DNA of 63,546 nucleotides, filler included, from Deltaproteobacteria bacterium (GTDB lineage: Bacteria > JAUYMQ01): the NCBI GenBank assembly GCA_030698575.1. It is 7 parts of 7 records of this genome, joined end to end, with 100 filler letters (N's around TTAATTAATTAA, not from the genome) between each part and the next. Parts side by side here need not be neighbours in the genome. Positions count along the whole stretch, not along the records: positions 45,107 to 60,873 come from JAUYMQ010000428.1; positions 60,974 to 63,546 come from JAUYMQ010000249.1; 5 more parts are not named here. One strand, given 5' to 3'. The notes under the pieces were generated by a model. That model saw nothing but the letters and a program-made list of their open reading frames with translations. It ran no database searches and was not told the origin of the DNA. Shown piece by piece: positions 57,739 through 63,546 of this stretch; position 1 is the first letter of the stretch; each line of letters opens with the position of its first letter. A program made the position numbers and the translations under genes.

Positions 57739-58158
57739 GTGGCCGAAGTCATCATGCTCGAGGTGGTTACCCCGGAGCGCCGGGTGGTTCACGAGGAGGT
57801 CACCGAGTTGACCGCCCCGGGGCTTCTCGGCGAGTTCGGCGTTCTCATGGGCCACGAGCCGTTCGTCACGGTGCTCCGCCCGGGGTTGCTCTACTACCGG
57901 TGCGCCCAGGGGGGCGAAGAGCGGACGCTGGCGGTTGGCCAGGGATTCGCCGAGATCGTGGAAGACCGCGTGACGCTTCTCGTGGAGGCCTGCGAGGGGG
58001 GCAGTGAGATCGATCGGGCGCGGGCCGGGAAGGCCCGTGACGAGGCCACGCAGCGCATGAAGGCGCTCCCGCTGGACTCCGAGGAGATCGGGGAGCTGCA
58101 GGCCGCCCTGGATCGCGCCGAGGCACGGCTTGCCGCAAGCGATAGGACGGCGAACTAG
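57739..58158 (+). CDS. atpC: F1 ATP synthase subunit epsilon
   Basis: LEVVTPER, GEFGVL.GH, GFAE, EIDRARA. Confidence 0.95.
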   Translation: MAEVIMLEVVTPERRVVHEEVTELTAPGLLGEFGVLMGHEPFVTVLRPGLLYYRCAQGGEERTLAVGQGFAEIVEDRVTLLVEACEGGSEIDRARAGKARDEATQRMKALPLDSEEIGELQAALDRAEARLAASDRTAN

Positions 58159-58733
58159 TTTCCGCCGGAACGCTGGGGTTTTGCGACCAGCCGGACTTTT
58201 GATCCCTCCACGCTCACACGAAAATCCACCTGCGTGCATCCGTAACGCTTCTGGATCTCCTCCCGCTGCCGGTTCAGGAATGTTTCGAAAGCCTGCCGCG
58301 CCACCCCGTCTCCCTGTCCGCATTCCTTCCGGGCCGCCAGGAACTCGTTGTACAGGGCGTCGGGCTGTGCGCCGCCGCCGCGATTTGTGATGATCGCGTC
58401 GAGCCGCTGTCGCTTCTCGTCACGCTCGCGTCGTTCACGCTCGTGGATCTCCATGCGAAAATGATCCCGCGTGAAGGTGCCGTCCTCGATCGCCTGGAGT
58501 GTGCGGTTCCAGTAGGCGGAAAGCGTGTTGTAGCGCGAGACGAGGTTGCGGAGGCGGAATTTGTACATCGTGTTGTTGATGTGCTGGCCCGTCCATCGGG
58601 CGATGATGCTCTGGACCTCCTTGCGAAGCTTCGCCGGCTCCATGCGCGCCCGGCCGCTGAAGTAGTGCTCGTACTCGACCTTGAGCGCGTCCATGCGGCG
58701 CGCGAGTCTTTCCACGTCCTCAGCGATGCTCAT
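58155..58733 (-). CDS. MXAN_5187 C-terminal-domain-like protein
   Basis: LKVEYEHYF.G..EP, NT..KFR...YW.R....IEDG, LYNEFLAARKECG, VDFRVSVEGSKVRLVAKP (recognised from memory); convergent 4-nt overlap with atpC. Confidence 0.7.
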   Translation of the reverse strand: MSIAEDVERLARRMDALKVEYEHYFSGRARMEPAKLRKEVQSIIARWTGQHINNTMYKFRLRNLVSRYNTLSAYWNRTLQAIEDGTFTRDHFRMEIHERERRERDEKRQRLDAIITNRGGGAQPDALYNEFLAARKECGQGDGVARQAFETFLNRQREEIQKRYGCTQVDFRVSVEGSKVRLVAKPQRSGGN

Positions 58734-58984
58734 GCGTCTCCCTGGTCCTTGAATTCCATCGACCGCTGATCCGTATTTCTGAACCCTGCAACGCAGGATT
58801 CCGTAGCCGCGCTGCTCCAGAGCCCCTGCCGGACGAGACGTGCCTCCTGACCCCGCGGTACGCAGGCCATCCCGGGTGCGGGACGAAGGGAGTTTTCTTT
58901 CCCACTATGGGCAAGCCTTTGGATGCCCCAGGGCCGGGCCCTGAAATAAACGCCCATTTTCCGGGGAATCTGAAGATCGACGGA

Positions 58985-59000
58985 TGGTAAGGATCTTGCA
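58985..59000 (+). promoter_or_regulatory. Candidate sigma54 promoter for the FG-GAP gene
   Basis: TGGTAAGGATCTTGCA (TGG-N10-GC with TTGCA). Confidence 0.45.
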
Positions 59001-59041
59001 TGGATCCCCCGTACGGACCTTGCATGCCCGGGCTGGCTGCG

Positions 59042-59069
59042 GCGGATATCCCGAAAACGGGATATCCGC
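59042..59069. repeat. Perfect 12-bp inverted repeat
   Basis: GCGGATATCCCG-AAAA-CGGGATATCCGC; no U-tract. Confidence 0.75.
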
Positions 59070-59203
59070 GCCACCCTCCGGGGCCACGCACGGTAGCCCG
59101 GAGGCGACGCCTGGAAGGTTTACGGAGACACAAGGATTGTCCGAGTAGGGTCCGCCGGAGATGGGGGCTGGGGAGAAGACGGGACATCAGGGAGGAGAGG
59201 GAC

Positions 59204-60873
59204 ATGTCGAGATTGAAGAGCGCTGGCGCGAAACTCGGGGTCATGGCGCCCCTCTGGACCGAAACATCATGGCTGCCGATGTGGCTGGCCTGCGCCCTGG
59301 CGCTGGCTTCGATGATCGCGGCGTCGGCCGCCGGCGCGGGCGAGGTGCCGATCGGCGGACAGAACGTCGTGACCTCCGCCGATGATGGCGCGCGCGCCGT
59401 CATCGCAGCCGACGCGGACAGCGACGGCGACCTCGATCTCCTGTCCGCATCGAATGTCGACGACCAGATCGCCTGGTACCAGAACGATGGCGGTTCGCCC
59501 CCCTCCTTCCTCACTGTCGCCACCACCACCATCAGCACGAACGCGGACGGCGCCCGGTCGGTCTTCATGGCTGATCTCGACGGCGACGGCGACCTCGACG
59601 CACTCTCGGCCTCGGAGAACGACAACCGGATCGCCTGGTACGAAATCGATCCCGCCGACACGGGCACCAAGGGGGCTTTCGGAGCCCAGAACGACATCTC
59701 TACGGCGGCTTCCGGCGCGACCTCCGTGCATGCGGCCGATCTTGACGGCGACGGCGATCTCGACGCGCTTTCCGCCTCGGCGAGCGACAACAAGATCGCC
59801 TGGTACGCGAACACCGACGGCGCAGGGACCTTCGGCACGCAGCAGGTGATTTCGACTTCGGCCTCAGGCGCGACCTCGGTCGTGGCGGCGGACGTCGACA
59901 AGGACGGCGACCTCGACGTGCTCTCGGCCTCGGCGGGCGACAACAAGATCGCCTGGTACGAGAACCGGCTCACCGACGGCGTGAATAACGACTTCAACCC
60001 GACCCAGAACGTGATATCGACGGCTGCCAGCGGCGCCCAGTCGGTCTTCGCGGCCGACGTTGACGGCGACGGCGATCTCGACGCGCTCTCGGCCTCGTCG
60101 GGTGACAACGAGGTGGCGTGGTACGAGAACCGGCTCACCGACGGCGTGAACAACGATTTCAATCCGACCCAGATGCTGATCACGAGCGGCGCCAGCGGCG
60201 CGCGATCGGTGTTTGCGCTCGACTTTGATCAGGACGGCGACGTGGACGTGCTCTCGGCGTCCGGCGGCGATGACGACATCGATTGGTACGAGAACCTGAA
60301 CGGCGCGGGGACGAGCTGGACGACGCGCACGGTATTCGGCACGGCCAGCAACGCCGCGGGCGTCCTCGCGGCGGATCTGGACGGCGACGGCGACCCCGAT
60401 GTGGCCTCGGTTTCCGAGAACGACGACACCCTGGCCTGGTACGAGAACGAGACCATCCACCGGAGCGCGGTCTTCCCCGATCGGGTCGTCATCACCACGC
60501 TCGCCAACAGCGCCCGGTCGGTCTTCGGCGCTGATATCGACATGGACGGAGATCTGGATGCGGTTTCCGCCTCGTCGATCGACGACGAAGTGGCGTGGTA
60601 CGAAAACACCGACGGGGCCGGCACCTACGGCGGGCAGAACATCATCGACGGTAGCGCCGACGGCGCCATGGACGTGGCGGTGGCGGACGTTGACGGCGAC
60701 GGCGACCCCGACATCCTGGCCGTGGAAACCAACGACGACGAAGTGACGTGGTACGAGAACACGGACGGCGCGGGCACCTTCGGCACGGTTAACATAATCA
60801 CGGCCGCGGCCGATGGCCCGCAGGCCGTTTATGCGGCCGACATCGATGCCGACGGCGATCTGGACGCCATGTC
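59204..60873 (+). CDS. Secreted FG-GAP/VCBS repeat beta-propeller protein, 3' truncated
   Basis: Signal peptide; ten DxDxDGDxD motifs, most followed by WY(E/Q/A)N; strong RBS before ATG 59204. Confidence 0.9.
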
Positions 60874-60973
60874 NNNNNNNNNNNNNNNNNNNNNNNNNNN
60901 NNNNNNNNNNNNNNNNNTTAATTAATTAANNNNNNNNNNNNNNNNNNNNNNNNNNNNNNNNNNNNNNNNNNNN
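60874..60973. other. Artificial contig spacer
   Basis: N44-TTAATTAATTAA-N44. Confidence 0.99.
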
Positions 60974-61409
60974 CGCGGTTCGAGCAGGCGAGGATGCGGC
61001 GGTTGAAGAGGCCCAGAACCGCGTTGATGAAATAGTAGAACTGCCGCTCCTTCCGGAAAAGTCCGTGCTCGGTCCGGATGACCGTGCGGACGCCGGAAAG
61101 CAGCGCGGCGGGAACGCCCCAGTTGTTGGCCAGCGGGGTGTGCACGTGGACGATGCCCACCCCTTCCTCGCGCAGGATCCGGGCGAGCTTCAGGATCACG
61201 CGCGGGTCGAAACCCAGGCGCTTGCCGAGGATGTAGGTCTTGACGCCCGCGTCCCCAAGATCTTCCTCCAGCGGGCCGCCCTGCGTGAGCGCCACGACAA
61301 TCGGCTCATAGACCCGGCGATCGTGGTGCAGAGCGTAGTCCGTCACCACCCGCTCGGCGCCGCCGAGCTGGAGCGAATAGACGATATGGCAGACCTTGAT
61401 ACGCTTCAT
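60974..61409 (-). CDS. GT4 glycosyltransferase, N-terminal fragment
   Basis: KVCHIVYSLQLGGAERVV, IVHVH, TEHG. Confidence 0.85.
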
Positions 61410-61489
61410 GGGATTCGCTTCATGGCTCCTGCCATTTCAGGCCGGGTCGGCCGGCCCGCGCCGCCGGCCTCGCACGCGGCGACGGCCCG

Positions 61490-62494
61490 CTAGGTCCGGT
61501 ACGCTCCCGGCATGTAGAGATCCATGTTCTTTTCGACAAATGCGATGGTTTCCCGTAGCCCCTTCTCGAGGCTCACCGTGGGCCGCCAGCCCAGCAGGCG
61601 CCGCGCTTTCCGGTGATCCGAGATCAGCCTTTCAACCTCGCTCTTCGGGGGACGCACGCGCCCCTTGTCCTGGACGATTCGGACGGGCCGCCCCGCAGCC
61701 GCGATGATCTTCTTCGCGAGATCGCCGATCGAGATCTCTTCCCCGGTCCCGAGGTTGATCTCCTCGCCGACGGCTTTCGCCGCCGTGGCGCAGCGAATGA
61801 AACCGTCCACCGTGTCGAGCACGAAAGTGAGATCGCGCGTGGGCGTGAGCGAGCCCAGCCGCACCACGTCGGAGGCCAGCGCCTGCGCGATGATCGTGGG
61901 TATCACGGCCCGATCCGACTGCCGGGGGCCGTAGGTGTTGAAAGGCCTGAGCGTGACGACCGGGGTGCCGAACGACCGGTGGTACGCCCGCGCCAGTTGA
62001 TCGGCGCCTGTCTTGCTGGCGGCGTAAGGGCTCTGGGCTGCGCGCGGGTGATCCTCGTCGATGGGCACGCGCTGCGCGGTGCCGTAGACCTCGCTGGTGG
62101 AGGTATGGATCACACGCCCCACGTCGTGGGCCCTGGCGCCTTCGAGCACGTTGAGCGTTCCCAGGACGTTCGTCTCGGTCACCTCCCGGGGATGCTGGTA
62201 GGAATAAGGAATGGCGATGAGCGCGCCCAGATGGAAAACAATCGTCTGGCGCGCGCAGGCCGCCCGGACGGCGTCAGGATCCCTCAGATCGCCCGCCACG
62301 ATCTCGAACTCGTTCCGCACCTCCGGAGGCGTGAAGCGCAGGAGCCCCACGTCTCCCCTCGAGGTGTAGCGAATGAATGCGGTGACCCGGGCGCCCTCGC
62401 GCACGAGACGCTCGACAAGATGGCTTCCGATGAAGCCGCACGCGCCCGTCACCAGGACGCTCTTTCCGCGGAGTCCCCGCGCTGCACCTGCCAT
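61490..62494 (-). CDS. NAD-dependent NDP-sugar epimerase / 4,6-dehydratase (extended SDR, LegB-like)
   Basis: VTGACGFIGSH, HLGALIAIPYSY, TSTSEVYG, YAASK, RPFNTYGPRQS. Confidence 0.9.
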   Translation of the reverse strand: MAGAARGLRGKSVLVTGACGFIGSHLVERLVREGARVTAFIRYTSRGDVGLLRFTPPEVRNEFEIVAGDLRDPDAVRAACARQTIVFHLGALIAIPYSYQHPREVTETNVLGTLNVLEGARAHDVGRVIHTSTSEVYGTAQRVPIDEDHPRAAQSPYAASKTGADQLARAYHRSFGTPVVTLRPFNTYGPRQSDRAVIPTIIAQALASDVVRLGSLTPTRDLTFVLDTVDGFIRCATAAKAVGEEINLGTGEEISIGDLAKKIIAAAGRPVRIVQDKGRVRPPKSEVERLISDHRKARRLLGWRPTVSLEKGLRETIAFVEKNMDLYMPGAYRT

Positions 62495-62496
62495 GG

Positions 62497-63546
62497 CTAC
62501 CTCCGGCTCCCTAGACGCGCGTAGAAGGCCATCGTCTGCTCCGCCACCGCCCTGATGTGGTAACTACTCTCCACGGTCTTTCGCGCTTCATGCCCCAGCG
62601 CCCGGGCCCGCTCGGGTCCGCTCGCCAGTTCGAAGAGCGCGTCGGCGAGGGGCTGGGGCTCCCCTGGAGGCACCAGGAGCCCGTTCCGTCCGTTGTCGAT
62701 GGCGTCCTCCGTTCCCGAAACCCTGGACGCAACGACGGGGAGGCCGGCCGACATGGCCTCAAGCATTACGTTCGGAAATCCCTCGTAACGAGACGGTAAC
62801 ACAAAAATATCGGCGGCCGCATAGTGGGGCCCCGCGTCCCGGCGGAGCCCCCGGAAGTCCACCGAGGCGGCTATGCCGAGGGCCTCGGCCTGTCTCTGGA
62901 GCGCGGCGGCCTCCGGACCCTCGCCGAGGAGCACGAGGTGCGCCCGGGGTCTGCGGCGCCTGAACCGCGCCCACGCCTCCAGCAGCACGTCGACGCCTTT
63001 CTGGTAGGACAGCCGCCCCACGAAGAGCACCACCGGCTCACCTTCGACGTGAAGGCTGCGGCGCGCGTTGGCCCGCGGCGGAAACGACCTGTCGAAGATC
63101 CGCGGGTCAATGCCGTTCGGGATGCGCGCCACCGTCGGCCACCCGCCCTCCTCGGCGGCCCGGGCGATGCGGCTCGAGATCGCCACGACGCCGTCGACCC
63201 GGCGCGTGGCCGCCTCGATGGGCCAGCCCCGGAGGCGCGAGGCCGGCAGATCCACCCAGATCCCTCGCTCGGGGGAGAGATTGGCAAACTTGAGCACCAC
63301 CGGCACGCCCCGGACGCGCCCCGCGGCGACCGCGGGTATGAGCATGGGGCCCGGAATGTGCACATGAATCACATCATCCGCTCCGCGGACGAGATCGGAG
63401 AAGATGCGCGAGAGCAGCACGGCGGCGCCGAGCCCCTTCACCGAAGGGTAGGTGATACGGCGGACCGGGAGGCCGTCGACGGTATCCGCTTCGGGCAGGT
63501 CGCTGCTCTCGCGCGGGGTGACCACGCGCACGGCGGCGCCCGCTTC
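62497..63546 (-). CDS. GT4 glycosyltransferase, 5' end outside window
   Basis: IPNGID, FVGRLSYQKG, PSRYEGFPNVMLEAM (E-x7-E), NGLLV. Confidence 0.9.
   Translation of the reverse strand, partial: EAGAAVRVVTPRESSDLPEADTVDGLPVRRITYPSVKGLGAAVLLSRIFSDLVRGADDVIHVHIPGPMLIPAVAAGRVRGVPVVLKFANLSPERGIWVDLPASRLRGWPIEAATRRVDGVVAISSRIARAAEEGGWPTVARIPNGIDPRIFDRSFPPRANARRSLHVEGEPVVLFVGRLSYQKGVDVLLEAWARFRRRRPRAHLVLLGEGPEAAALQRQAEALGIAASVDFRGLRRDAGPHYAAADIFVLPSRYEGFPNVMLEAMSAGLPVVASRVSGTEDAIDNGRNGLLVPPGEPQPLADALFELASGPERARALGHEARKTVESSYHIRAVAEQTMAFYARLGSRR

Noticed and set aside
59380..60873. Periodic DNA repeats that could be mistaken for a CRISPR array
   Set aside because: In-frame degenerate protein repeats with no unique spacers and no cas genes. 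No CRISPR array, transposase or integrase was seen anywhere in the window.

Overview
This window is not one locus. It is seven contig pieces joined by 100-nt artificial spacers (N44-TTAATTAATTAA-N44), so gene neighbourhoods hold only within a piece. The DNA is high-GC, and gene order and content suggest a former-Deltaproteobacteria lineage (Myxococcota/Desulfobacterota-like). Piece 1 (1-7166): PilT paralog, PAS-GAF kinase whose phospho-acceptor His is replaced by Arg, DUF4388 protein, TPR-like protein, nth, and the tail of a PEP-CTERM gene. Piece 2 (7267-30551): rarA, recN, M23 peptidase, secA, argJ, rpsB-tsf-pyrH-frr-uppS-dxr-rseP-tsaB, DUF465, ilvBNC-psd-pssA-leuA-leuC'. Piece 3: ThDP-enzyme tail, YIP1-type membrane protein, HtrA. 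Piece 4: tRNA-Leu(CAA) with a ~1.9-kb integrase-less islet (LPS-kinase-like gene plus methyltransferase) bounded by a degenerate copy of the tRNA 3' end, then SH3 protein, P450, radical SAM/SPASM and a Gfo/Idh/MocA gene. Piece 5: RsbW-like tail, STAS protein, mlaEFD, methyltransferase, moeB. Piece 6: origin-proximal rpmH-rnpA-yidD-yidC-jag-rsmG-parAB with two parS sites, bactofilin, atpF'FHAGDC, MXAN_5187-type protein, FG-GAP protein. Piece 7: two GT4 glycosyltransferases and an NDP-sugar dehydratase. Most of the window is housekeeping. The best candidates for an undescribed system are the PilT/pseudokinase/DUF4388 module, a partner-switch (RsbW/RsbV-like) pair leading an Mla/Mce transporter operon, and the tRNA-Leu islet. 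All family calls come from motif recognition by eye; no searches were run.
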